This document shows positions 37,749 to 46,385 of a stretch of DNA of 64,000 nucleotides, one piece after another. The stretch's first letter is position 1. Each line of letters starts with the position of its first letter. The notes beneath the pieces are model-generated. The model saw nothing but the letters and a program-made list of their open reading frames with translations, did no database searches and was not told where the DNA came from. The DNA is from a virus. Both the position numbers and the translations under genes were made by a program. The stretch is taken from the IMG/VR virus record IMGVR_UViG_3300001918_000004. One strand, 5' to 3'.

Positions 37749-38579
37749 TTAAAGGGATGAGTGAGTTTTAACGACAAATCTGTTCAGGTTAACTGCTTCT
37801 GGGTCAGGTGCGTACAGCGTTATTGCTTCGGTACCAGCGGGCAGCTTTAATACGGGTTTGGAACCTGGCTCTTTGCGTTGGGGTGCATTAGGTTCAAACA
37901 CATTCCAAAGCGAGTGTATGTTGTATTTGACGTGTGCAACAGCATCGGATTTAGTTGCCTCACCAAATCCGAAGCAGTCTGCATAGTCCACTTCACCTTC
38001 ATCATTGAAGGGCGTAGCCCAAAACAACGTGCAGACATCCACCAAAGAAAGTATGCTTCGTGACCCGTAACATATTTCACCGTCGGTATAGGTGTTCAGA
38101 ATTGGATACGGTGTGACAGCGATCTGATCTGTCCACGTGCGGTTTATCTCTGTTGCATCACACATCATGTACAAACGCGCACGATCAAACACATATTCAA
38201 AGTTGTCGCTGTTGTTACGCCAGTTCTGGATTAGACTTACTTTGTACAGATGAGGGGCGATCCAAATGTCTTTGTAGTCTGCCAAACTATCGATTTCCGA
38301 TAAAATGCAGCATTGTACTTTACGCATTTGGTCGTAACAGACAACGACAGAAATCACCTCCCACATATCTGAAACCGACAAACCTACCCAACTACAGCTT
38401 TTCGGAACAGGGTGGTTCATTAACCAGGCTGTTGGCGGATCGTCTGTTTCAAACAACTGCGCCATACGAGTTGCTGCCATTAGATCGTTTTCAGGAGACG
38501 AAACGACGATTTGGTAATCCGGTAAAGAGTCGGGGTCGTCATCAGAAAAGGTTCTGGGAATGTACCAGTAATCTGCCAT
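37749..38579 (-). CDS. Prokaryotic E2-like protein 4
   Basis: DYWYIP; PYPILNTYTDGEICYG..FWATPFNDE. Confidence 0.75.
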   Translation of the reverse strand: MADYWYIPRTFSDDDPDSLPDYQIVVSSPENDLMAATRMAQLFETDDPPTAWLMNHPVPKSCSWVGLSVSDMWEVISVVVCYDQMRKVQCCILSEIDSLADYKDIWIAPHLYKVSLIQNWRNNSDNFEYVFDRARLYMMCDATEINRTWTDQIAVTPYPILNTYTDGEICYGSRSILSLVDVCTLFWATPFNDEGEVDYADCFGFGEATKSDAVAHVKYNIHSLWNVFEPNAPQRKEPGSKPVLKLPAGTEAITLYAPDPEAVNLNRFVVKTHSSL

Positions 38580-38589
38580 TGTGTAACCT

Positions 38590-39459
38590 CTAAGATGTGT
38601 GTGTGCGGAACATGGTGTGCCGTGTTTCGTAGTCTTTGAATACGGTCACAGACTTAACGTTTTCTGGGAACAAGATCAAGGTATTTAGATGCGGTTCAGA
38701 CATAAGTGGATATACCTGTCGGTCATCGCTGTGATGAAACACGGTGCAGCTACGGCACAAATCTGGACGCTCGTCTTTTACGTGACGTTCTAGCTCGTCC
38801 GCTGTAAGAGGCGAAAACCCAATCATTTCACTTCGGGGAAAGTCGCCATCTGTATTGAATGGCGATGACCAAAACAACTGCACAGCTTCGTCAAATGATT
38901 TCGGGTAATTTGAGCCGAAGCACACATACCCGTTGACACCCATGTTGTACTGCCGAAGGCCTGTGAAAAAGTCTTCACCTGTGCCGTTTAGCGGTAAATG
39001 TGTGTGAATGAAAGGCCCAGAAAACGGTCGTGACAAATCGTGGAAATGGTAACAAAACATGTGCGGCGGAACATGCAAAGTTATGTCGCTTGTTTCGTAC
39101 GATTCGCTGTAGTTGTTATACGTTTCCATAACGCTGTGCATTACCGTTGGTTTTTCATAACCTATAGCCAGCGCAACGTTGGTATAGTGGTCGTTGTGGT
39201 AAAGAATACCGGCCCAGGTTTTAGCTGAGGGCAGCTTCATCTGTGGAACCATGTGCGGTAGTTTTAGCTTTTTGACGAACTCGGTTTGGTTTCTAAGCAC
39301 TAGATCCCAAACTCGCATAACTTTGTAGTCTATGTCGTCGTTCGCAGGAATCCGAATGTAACTAGACCGGCTGAGTATTTTTTTCCATTGCGGCGTTTCG
39401 TCGCTACACACCCAATGCTCTGGTATGTACCAGTATTCTGTGACGTCAGGCTTTTGCGT
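38590..39459 (-). CDS. Prokaryotic E2-like protein 3 (start uncertain; the homologous start position is ACG)
   Basis: EYWYIP; LRQYNMGVNGYVCFG..FWSSPFNTD. Confidence 0.7.
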   Translation of the reverse strand, partial: TQKPDVTEYWYIPEHWVCSDETPQWKKILSRSSYIRIPANDDIDYKVMRVWDLVLRNQTEFVKKLKLPHMVPQMKLPSAKTWAGILYHNDHYTNVALAIGYEKPTVMHSVMETYNNYSESYETSDITLHVPPHMFCYHFHDLSRPFSGPFIHTHLPLNGTGEDFFTGLRQYNMGVNGYVCFGSNYPKSFDEAVQLFWSSPFNTDGDFPRSEMIGFSPLTADELERHVKDERPDLCRSCTVFHHSDDRQVYPLMSEPHLNTLILFPENVKSVTVFKDYETRHTMFRTHTS

Positions 39460-40321
39460 GGGTTCGGATGAGCGTTGTACCGCCGCACTGACTCGACCAA
39501 ACAGTGACCGCACGCGTGTGATTAGGGAATTTAACAAAGTAGATCACCTCGTCTTTAGGGCATAAGCTGAATGGGGTTTTAGGTTCTGGTTCTACAAAAC
39601 CAAACAGGTGTTTGTTTTTGTCTGGTACGGTTTTCATGTATTTGTCCGCTGCCTCTGATGTAAGACGTACCGGCAGATCAGACTCCAGTACCAGTTCGTC
39701 ATCGAACGGCGTGTCCCAATAAGCGGATAGCAGTTCGCTGAACGACTGCGGATCCGCATCACCTAAACAAACCGCACCGTCATCAAACACGTTGTAAAAC
39801 GGTAGCGGAGCTATACTGAACGCGTCTTGAGAGGTGTTCGATACTAAATACAAAAACGGACACTCAAACGGATCGTCTTCAGAAAAACCACATTCAATAG
39901 ACACCATGTGTTTTGGCACATCGAACGTGAAGATTGAGTCGGGTTTTTCTGATGGTGATCCGTCTGTTATGTGTTTGAGCACACCTACTTTCTGACGAAT
40001 TACATTAGGCACAAGCGCATGCAGCAGCACAGAATCTTGCTGGATACCTTCGATGCCCTCTTCGACGTAGCTAAATCCGTGGATGCAGTGTTTTGATAGC
40101 GGTGATAGACCCATCCACTTATAGAACATGTAATCTTTGTGTTCCTGATTCAGTAAGCGACCCAAACGAGTGTTCAACCCTGGAGTAGCTGGCAAAGCCA
40201 CATACTCTGTTTTGCCCTTAACGTGAACGTCAAAGTCAGGTAACTTGATTGATGCCGTTTCGAGGTTGGACACAAACGAAACAGGGATGTACCAGTATTC
40301 TGTTGTGTCAGTCGGTTGCAT
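39446..40321 (-). CDS. Prokaryotic E2-like protein 2
   Basis: ATG 40321; EYWYIP; PLPFYNVFDDGAVCLG..YWDTPFDDE. Confidence 0.78.
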   Translation of the reverse strand: MQPTDTTEYWYIPVSFVSNLETASIKLPDFDVHVKGKTEYVALPATPGLNTRLGRLLNQEHKDYMFYKWMGLSPLSKHCIHGFSYVEEGIEGIQQDSVLLHALVPNVIRQKVGVLKHITDGSPSEKPDSIFTFDVPKHMVSIECGFSEDDPFECPFLYLVSNTSQDAFSIAPLPFYNVFDDGAVCLGDADPQSFSELLSAYWDTPFDDELVLESDLPVRLTSEAADKYMKTVPDKNKHLFGFVEPEPKTPFSLCPKDEVIYFVKFPNHTRAVTVWSSQCGGTTLIRTHAKA

Positions 40322-41168
40322 AGGTTCGGAAGATGGCTGCGTGTGTGTACAGGCATGTCCAGCTTGAAACGCGCCTGGTTGTGTCGGGGAATTTAACAAA
40401 GCGAAGTACCTCATCTATAGGATGGACATCAAAAGGTTCGTTAGGCTTAGGCTCTACCAAGACGTAAGTATGGTGGAATCCGCAAGCATCTGATTTAAAG
40501 TGGTCGCTTACCCGTTCTGGCGTTAAGTCGAATAGAAGATCTGATTCGTCTCCCATTTCATTGCTAAAAGGCGTGTCCCAATACGCCGAAAACAGTTCGT
40601 TAAACGATGTAACGTCAACTCCGCCTAAACATACAGTGGCATCGACATAGACGTTGTAAAACGGAAGTGGACATGCTTGAAACTGGGCGTGTACGGTGTC
40701 AGAAATCAGGTAAAAATGCGGGCTTCCAAATGGATTTCCGCCAAAATAGCAGTCGATAAGTACCATGTGTTTTGGTACATCGAACGTGATCTTTGAAATC
40801 GGGCGTGTGTCTGATTCGTTCTCGCTAGGGTGTTCCAGCTTAAGTAAGCCGGTTACTTGACGCTTTACGGTGGGCCTGACCACATGCAAGAATGTACCTT
40901 TGAACGAATGCGCCGGAAGCGTTTCGTCACTATAGCTAAACCCGGCATAGCAGCTTTTCGGTATCGGTTGCTGTTCCAGCAGCGGTCTAAACCGTTCACC
41001 CTGGCTTGAAGCAAACAGTGAGTTTATGCGTGTATCTACATCAGGCGTAGCCGGAATAGCTATATAGCCAGTACCGGCCGGTCTAGGGTAGGTTTGGTTA
41101 AGGTTAAACTCGAAGGTCTTGCGATCCCCTAAAAAGCAATACGGGATGTACCAGAACTCGTTTTCCAT
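40308..41168 (-). CDS. Prokaryotic E2-like protein 1
   Basis: EFWYIP; PLPFYNVYVDATVCLG..YWDTPFSNE. Confidence 0.78.
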   Translation of the reverse strand: MENEFWYIPYCFLGDRKTFEFNLNQTYPRPAGTGYIAIPATPDVDTRINSLFASSQGERFRPLLEQQPIPKSCYAGFSYSDETLPAHSFKGTFLHVVRPTVKRQVTGLLKLEHPSENESDTRPISKITFDVPKHMVLIDCYFGGNPFGSPHFYLISDTVHAQFQACPLPFYNVYVDATVCLGGVDVTSFNELFSAYWDTPFSNEMGDESDLLFDLTPERVSDHFKSDACGFHHTYVLVEPKPNEPFDVHPIDEVLRFVKFPDTTRRVSSWTCLYTHAAIFRTYATD

Positions 41169-41171
41169 GCG

Positions 41172-42248
41172 TTAACTGCCTTGGGTGTAATAGAAGGGGT
41201 CAAGGGTTTCGTCGTAGTCGAGTTTGCTTGCAGGCAAAGCTTTGATTTCCAGTGCAGGTTTTTGTGTGTTGGTGTACTGTTTTTCGTACCCTGCGTACTC
41301 GATACTGACTAACGCCTCAGCTAAATGGTCAAACGTGAGATCATCGCCATAAGTTGTCATTAGCTGTTCGATAAAGGTTTCAAACTCGATCAACGCTTCT
41401 TGTAGTTTGGAATAATGCTGCCCGAGTGGAGTGCGTGCAGGTGTGTCTTGCTCTTTCCGACCAGGCAGAAGTTTGGACAAATCAAACCCATACGAGTTGC
41501 GCTTGCCGTAGCTTTTAGAGTTAAAGGTCTGCCAACGCCGCTTGTAGTGTTCGCTGTAAACACCGTCCGCATAGTCGGTGTAGTACGAATGTTGGCTGAT
41601 GAATGAAAACACACTCTCGTGCGGCTTGGTTGGTTCCTCACCTTCTGCACCGGCCAGTTCGATTAAGTCAGCCGCAGCAATTTTGTAACGCTTGCGTTGC
41701 TGCACGATAGAGGCGTCAGGTACATATTCCATCTTGGCAAGACTGATGCTGCGAACAAGAATGTGCGCCCCAGGCACGTCTAACTCGTTGGCGTCATCTA
41801 CGGCGGAAAAGCTGCACGACATAACATGATGCGAGTGCGATGATCCGGCATGCAGCCAACCGGCAGGCGGAAACTGGTCGTAAACTTCGCCCGTAATAAG
41901 GTCGATGCAGTTTGCAAAGTCTTCAGCGTGAACGCTTGCACCTGTGACGGTTTGTTTGGGTACAACAACTTTCCACTGCTGTTTTGTAGCAGCGTCACGC
42001 AGCAACAGCACAGATACTTCTAAGCTGCTGATGCGGGCGTAGTGAAAGTACAGGTCAATGATTGCAGACCACAGAGAATACGGGATTTTGGGGATGTCTG
42101 GACGTAACTGAAACTCAACCGGCACTTTGTCCACCGTTGCGAGTGGGTCTGGAATTTGCTGGTAGTACGCACCCCAAGCCGTAAGTTTGGGTAGATACAC
42201 GCCACTGAAGGGGGTACGAATCAACTGATCGTTAGCGTCGTTAGTCAT
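41172..42248 (-). CDS. JAB/MPN+ metalloisopeptidase (prokaryotic JAB, PRTRC-A-like)
   Basis: LEVSVLL, VPKQTV, SHSHHVMSCSFSAVDDANE (HxH..S..D motif). Confidence 0.9.
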   Translation of the reverse strand: MTNDANDQLIRTPFSGVYLPKLTAWGAYYQQIPDPLATVDKVPVEFQLRPDIPKIPYSLWSAIIDLYFHYARISSLEVSVLLLRDAATKQQWKVVVPKQTVTGASVHAEDFANCIDLITGEVYDQFPPAGWLHAGSSHSHHVMSCSFSAVDDANELDVPGAHILVRSISLAKMEYVPDASIVQQRKRYKIAAADLIELAGAEGEEPTKPHESVFSFISQHSYYTDYADGVYSEHYKRRWQTFNSKSYGKRNSYGFDLSKLLPGRKEQDTPARTPLGQHYSKLQEALIEFETFIEQLMTTYGDDLTFDHLAEALVSIEYAGYEKQYTNTQKPALEIKALPASKLDYDETLDPFYYTQGS

Positions 42249-42303
42249 AACGTAAACCTAGGTATGTGAATAAAAAAAATCCAACCAATCGGCCCGGTAG
42301 TCA

Positions 42304-42335
42304 TGCAGGTGTGAGAGTTATTGCTCACACCTGCA
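42304..42335. terminator. Perfect 12-bp hairpin between E1 and JAB
   Basis: TGCAGGTGTGAG...CTCACACCTGCA. Confidence 0.55.
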
Positions 42336-42344
42336 CACCGCTAC

Positions 42345-43064
42345 CTACGTGAGGGCTTTCATTTTGTGAGTGGACAGATCGAACAGAATCTCAGTCGGTG
42401 GTTCAGAGGTGAAACGACCGCTTAAGAAACATTCGAGATAGTGCAGCGATATGGTTGCTGCCATTGCATTTGCTGTAATGAGTTGCGGCGTTGATTCTTG
42501 CGCCTCAAAACAACCACGGCGGTTGTTGCTTGGGCGACGATCTTTCGGTGCGCCGATGTCGGGGTACACCTCACGAGGATCGGCACAAATAGCCGTACCG
42601 TGTTCGTCTCGACCGAAGATAAGCACGCGTCCAGTGTCGTAATCGTTGCCTGGGCTGATGTACAGATACGAACATCCGACCGCATCGCAGGTGTCTAGTA
42701 CAAGCTTGCGTGTGGCGTGATTGTCAACAGCACAAAGCACAACTAACGGACGTTCGGTGCCGGTGCGTCGATGGGATTCAATCACCTCACGCAACTGATA
42801 CGTGTCTGCGTACACGGGACGAGTTTCGACAGTGAGAGCTTCAAGCACATCGGGACTAATTAAAGCAGCAGCGGCTTCGGCTTTGTTTGCATCAGGGATG
42901 TAACCGAGTTGTCGCTGGGCATTTTTAGCCTCGTAGGTATCGCCGTCCATAATGACAAGGCGTTTGGGTGCATCGGGGTGGTACGCCAGTAAGCGAGACA
43001 ACGCTGGCAACATGTGCGTACCTGTGCCTCCGGCACCTATGAGTAGTGCAGTAGAGGTGGACAT
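42345..43064 (-). CDS. E1/ThiF-family ubiquitin-like activating enzyme
   Basis: LIGAGGTG, DGDTYEAKNAQRQ, CAVDNHATRK, ISPGN, C-terminal CFE..PQLITANAMAA with candidate catalytic Cys. Confidence 0.92.
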   Translation of the reverse strand: MSTSTALLIGAGGTGTHMLPALSRLLAYHPDAPKRLVIMDGDTYEAKNAQRQLGYIPDANKAEAAAALISPDVLEALTVETRPVYADTYQLREVIESHRRTGTERPLVVLCAVDNHATRKLVLDTCDAVGCSYLYISPGNDYDTGRVLIFGRDEHGTAICADPREVYPDIGAPKDRRPSNNRRGCFEAQESTPQLITANAMAATISLHYLECFLSGRFTSEPPTEILFDLSTHKMKALT

Positions 43065-43110
43065 GTTATTTTGATGGTGATGTGTGTGTTACGAAAATCG
43101 TGACCATCCC

Positions 43111-43156
43111 GTATTGTTTGGGGCGCAACCGTTACACGACAACGCCCCAACAATAC
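43111..43156. terminator. GC-rich hairpin between Ubl and E1
   Basis: GTATTGTTTGGGGCG...CGCCCCAACAATAC. Confidence 0.55.
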
Positions 43157-43166
43157 TTTTTAGGGA

Positions 43167-43460
43167 TTAGCAGCCTTTAGATTCGGCAGAGATGGAGAGA
43201 GTAACAACGTCACCGGCTTTGACAACGGTACTGAAGGGTTGCACGCTGCCATTGAGACGGGCAGTGGTGATCCGGTCAGGACGAAACCCGAGTTCATTGG
43301 CAGCAGCAGAAAGAGCTTGCCCGATGGTCAAGCCTTCAGTGACAGGGATTTGGGTTTCTTCGAGAGCGAATTGCACGGTAACGGTGGTGGGAACGGGAGC
43401 GGAATCAGCAGGAGCGTTGTTGGCAGAGTTGTTGTTGTTGTTGAACAAGAAGTTAAACAT
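43167..43460 (-). CDS. Ubiquitin-like beta-grasp protein ending in SKGC
   Basis: VTVQF..IPVTEGLTIGQAL..ARLNG..VVKAGDVVTL..ESKGC; first gene of the Ubl-E1-JAB-E2 run. Confidence 0.85.
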   Translation of the reverse strand: MFNFLFNNNNNSANNAPADSAPVPTTVTVQFALEETQIPVTEGLTIGQALSAAANELGFRPDRITTARLNGSVQPFSTVVKAGDVVTLSISAESKGC

Positions 43461-43469
43461 GGTAGTTAC

Positions 43470-44000
43470 CTAGTAATGTGTGTGTTGAGTGGACAAAAAA
43501 GAACAGTGCAACGTATTCGGAAAGGAGTCCTTAACGGTTTGCACGTCCTGCGCTGTTAAGCGCACACAGTCATCTAAGTCGATAACTGTCGCCTCTGTGC
43601 CGTTGGCGTCGGATACGGTATGTCTAACCCACAATTGGCCCAAGATACCAAGGGATAGACAGCTACCGCACGGCACGATTATTGAATTTTCACGCACGTA
43701 TTCGTTGCCTTGCGCGAGGGCGCACAGGTCATCAAACTTAGCGATTTGGTGCAAAACATACACCAACCCGTTTTCACGGTGTAGTCCGTGTACGACATAC
43801 GTGGGTAAAACACAAACTGGATACACGTCGGAAATGTTGGATTTGCCTAACATAACCATAACCTGATCCAACGATCCGGTTATTGCAAGTTCAACATTAT
43901 CTACAAACTCGTAGGCTAAACCTGTGTTGGTTAAGTAAGCGGGATATTTACCGGCGACTGTAGCCAGCGCAATGACTTCGTTAGGCTGCGATGAGGTCAT
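43470..44000 (-). CDS. Hypothetical protein
   Basis: 176-aa ORF directly upstream of Ubl. Confidence 0.6.
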   Translation of the reverse strand: MTSSQPNEVIALATVAGKYPAYLTNTGLAYEFVDNVELAITGSLDQVMVMLGKSNISDVYPVCVLPTYVVHGLHRENGLVYVLHQIAKFDDLCALAQGNEYVRENSIIVPCGSCLSLGILGQLWVRHTVSDANGTEATVIDLDDCVRLTAQDVQTVKDSFPNTLHCSFLSTQHTHY

Positions 44001-44286
44001 GAGTTAATGGACAGATAGGCCTGGTTACGACGGCTTCCAGATCATAATCGTAAACCGTCATCCGGCTTTGTGTCCTCCGTAACAATGCGAATGTTACGTC
44101 GGACTGATAATGCTCCGGGTCAAACTGGTCTATCGAGACCGTAAACGACCACGGTACGGATGGGTGAAAGCACCGAAAACAGTGACCATCTACGGGATTC
44201 CAAACGACCGGCCCGTGGGAAATTCCGTGAGCGTTTAACCACTCACTAACTTCCGTTAGGTCGGTTTGAGAGGGATGTGTCAGCAT
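43981..44286 (-). CDS. Hypothetical protein
   Basis: 101-aa ORF. Confidence 0.55.
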   Translation of the reverse strand: MLTHPSQTDLTEVSEWLNAHGISHGPVVWNPVDGHCFRCFHPSVPWSFTVSIDQFDPEHYQSDVTFALLRRTQSRMTVYDYDLEAVVTRPICPLTHDLIAA

Positions 44287-44840
44287 GGCATTTTTACCTC
44301 AAGTGGGGCTTTGAGTAACCATATCCGGTCATCAACAGAGGGTAACTCGTATAACCCTGTGCGTTTGTCCAACTGCTGTACCAGCTTGGGCGTCACAGCG
44401 TTAATCGAGAGTTTAGTAGCCGTGCTGTAGGACAGCAGCGGCACATTTTGGAAGTTGCAGAAGAGTTCAACGTGCGGTTGCGGTGCAGGCTTAGGTGGAC
44501 GCACATAACCACGGTCGTACTGCTTATAACGCTTTTCCGCATAAGGCTTGTGCCAATCTACTTCATAGACTTCACCGCCTACGTTGAGATGCAACGAGAA
44601 ATCGTACACCGACTCAAACGCGCTCAACTCGTGATACAAAATTTCGGCTAAGAACGCCTTACGAGTTGTGATGGTCGTATCGTCCTTAAGTCGAGGGCGA
44701 CGAAAGAAGCGGATCAACCGCTCCTGTTGAGCGACGCTGATTTGCGTCTCGTGTGCAGTCCATTGATTGAACCGATCACGTCCGAGCGCGTAGAGCACGT
44801 TATCCCGATACATAGACACCTCTAAAAACAACAACAACAA
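44280..44840 (-). CDS. Hypothetical protein
   Basis: True start probably MYRDNV. Confidence 0.6.
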   Translation of the reverse strand: MLLLFLEVSMYRDNVLYALGRDRFNQWTAHETQISVAQQERLIRFFRRPRLKDDTTITTRKAFLAEILYHELSAFESVYDFSLHLNVGGEVYEVDWHKPYAEKRYKQYDRGYVRPPKPAPQPHVELFCNFQNVPLLSYSTATKLSINAVTPKLVQQLDKRTGLYELPSVDDRIWLLKAPLEVKMPC

Positions 44841-44894
44841 CCGCAGCAGAGTTTAACGACATCAGCAGCAGTCAATTTGGTCGTCTGTTGTCGG

Positions 44895-45251
44895 TTATTG
44901 GTCGTCAAACGCTTTGTCAACTAGCTTTGAAAGCAAAGCCCCAACCTCGCTGCGGGCTTCTTCAAAACGTTCAGTTGTCATGCCGTGTATGTCCCTCCGA
45001 ATACATTCGGCATTGCGTTTGATGTTTGCAGACGCAGCAAATAACTCATCAGCGAGATGGGTATTGCCTACAGTTTCTAACGCCAGAGCCAACTCGCTTA
45101 GATGCGTCGCAATTGCATGCAACTCAACGCATCGGTCTAGAGCCGACGTTACTTTTTCTGAGTTCGCCACTGCTAATCCTCTACAAAACAACAACAAGTT
45201 TTCGGCGTGTACGAGCGACGTTATTGCGGAGTGCGTGTAGGTTTTGGACAA
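44895..45251 (-). CDS. Hypothetical helical protein
   Basis: 118-aa ORF. Confidence 0.5.
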   Translation of the reverse strand: MSKTYTHSAITSLVHAENLLLFCRGLAVANSEKVTSALDRCVELHAIATHLSELALALETVGNTHLADELFAASANIKRNAECIRRDIHGMTTERFEEARSEVGALLSKLVDKAFDDQ

Positions 45252-45540
45252 ACGCTATACGGTATTCTCCGTCTGAATCACGCCGCAATCGAACGACGTT
45301 AGGGAAACGTCCAGTGAGTCCGTGAATTATGATGACTAACGCCACTGCAATTTCTTGCAGCTTTGGTAGCACAATACACACTTCGGAAGCCCCCTGGACG
45401 TAGGGTTCGATATATTCCGTGAGTTTTGCGTACATGGACGCATCGTTGAGGTTTACGTGGGGTGAAGGCACGTCCACGAAACCTTCAGCTTTTAGCACTT
45501 GGTTTTCGTGCCCTGACAGGTTTAGTTTGATTTGCTGCAT
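45181..45540 (-). CDS. Csx15-like protein (cyclic-oligoadenylate binding/ring-nuclease family)
   Basis: LNLSGH...VLPKLQEIAVAL..IHGLTGRFPNVVRLR..YRIAFVQNLHALR..ARTRR follows the Csx15 pattern LNFSH..PxL..A..LxxLHGxxGxFP..RLR..F...E..NLQxxR..AR. Confidence 0.7.
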   Translation of the reverse strand: MQQIKLNLSGHENQVLKAEGFVDVPSPHVNLNDASMYAKLTEYIEPYVQGASEVCIVLPKLQEIAVALVIIIHGLTGRFPNVVRLRRDSDGEYRIAFVQNLHALRNNVARTRRKLVVVL

Positions 45541-45895
45541 TTACATTAAGTACCTCGATCAAGTTAGCGGCTGCGTCGTTTGTGATGTACAAATACCGAC
45601 CCGGCCAGCCCACACTGAGTCGGTACACATCGGAGCGATGTCTTAAGGGTGCCAAGTCACTGACGTGGTTCGGATTAACCCACGTGTTGTCAGCGACTTG
45701 CACATACTTGTGTTCTTTAGCCATGCGCTGCAAGTACAGCAATTCATGGTTGTTGTTTCCGATGGTTTCGGCGTAGTATTCACCCCGCTCGAAAACCACA
45801 ACTTTATTTCGGTCTGGCCAATACACAAACGCTGAAATGTGGTCAGGATCGCACATCAGCGTGTACGGCTTGGTGGTTATTAACAGTTCAGGCAT
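45485..45895 (-). CDS. LytTR-like domain protein, putative
   Basis: DPDHISAF and YVQVADNTWVNPNHVSDL resemble LytTR I.YIE and F.R.HRS..VN...I. Confidence 0.4.
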   Translation of the reverse strand: MPELLITTKPYTLMCDPDHISAFVYWPDRNKVVVFERGEYYAETIGNNNHELLYLQRMAKEHKYVQVADNTWVNPNHVSDLAPLRHRSDVYRLSVGWPGRYLYITNDAAANLIEVLNVNAANQTKPVRARKPSAKS

Positions 45896-46181
45896 GATTT
45901 AGTTCGTCCATCGCGGTATCAATTTGGTTACGAACCCGATTGATACCGCCGATGTAGGCGTTATCGTCCGTAGCCATCCGTGTGATTGTTTCTTGGGTGA
46001 ACAGTCCTGCTGCTTTAAGCATGACTAAACACCGTTCCTTTTGCCCTGTCTCGAGTTCCTCCAGTCTTCCGCATGCGACGGCGCAAATGGTGCTGGCTAG
46101 GAACCAACTATCGACCACGGCACGCCCATCAGGGAGCGGCTCAAAGTCGGAAAATCCATGCAGCCAGTTGTTTATTAGCAC
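45888..46181 (-). CDS. Hypothetical protein
   Basis: 97-aa ORF. Confidence 0.55.
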   Translation of the reverse strand: MLINNWLHGFSDFEPLPDGRAVVDSWFLASTICAVACGRLEELETGQKERCLVMLKAAGLFTQETITRMATDDNAYIGGINRVRNQIDTAMDELNHA

Positions 46182-46190
46182 GTAATCTCC

Positions 46191-46385
46191 TTACTCACGG
46201 CACGGTAATTTTGCCAATTCTTCTTGCACACGGATCAGCGTTTCCTCTGCCTCACGCCGTGCCTGTTGTAGGCGTTCTTGAGCAGTTAGGTTATCCGCTA
46301 CATCGACCGGTTTTTTGATTACTCGGACAATTCGAGGTGCCATTATGCAGCCTCCTGGGTTACGCATGCACGGGTTAACTGCCAA
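46191..46385 (-). CDS. Hypothetical protein
   Basis: True start probably MAPRIV. Confidence 0.45.
   Translation of the reverse strand: MAVNPCMRNPGGCIMAPRIVRVIKKPVDVADNLTAQERLQQARREAEETLIRVQEELAKLPCRE

Noticed and set aside
42345-43460. ThiF/ThiS or MoeB/MoaD cofactor biosynthesis interpretation
   Set aside because: No thiG or moaE is present, the E1 lacks the CxxC Zn motifs, and JAB plus E2-like neighbours indicate conjugation
44826-44841. AAC microsatellite, also the poly-Asn run in the Ubl
   Set aside because: Short low-complexity runs with no evidence of function
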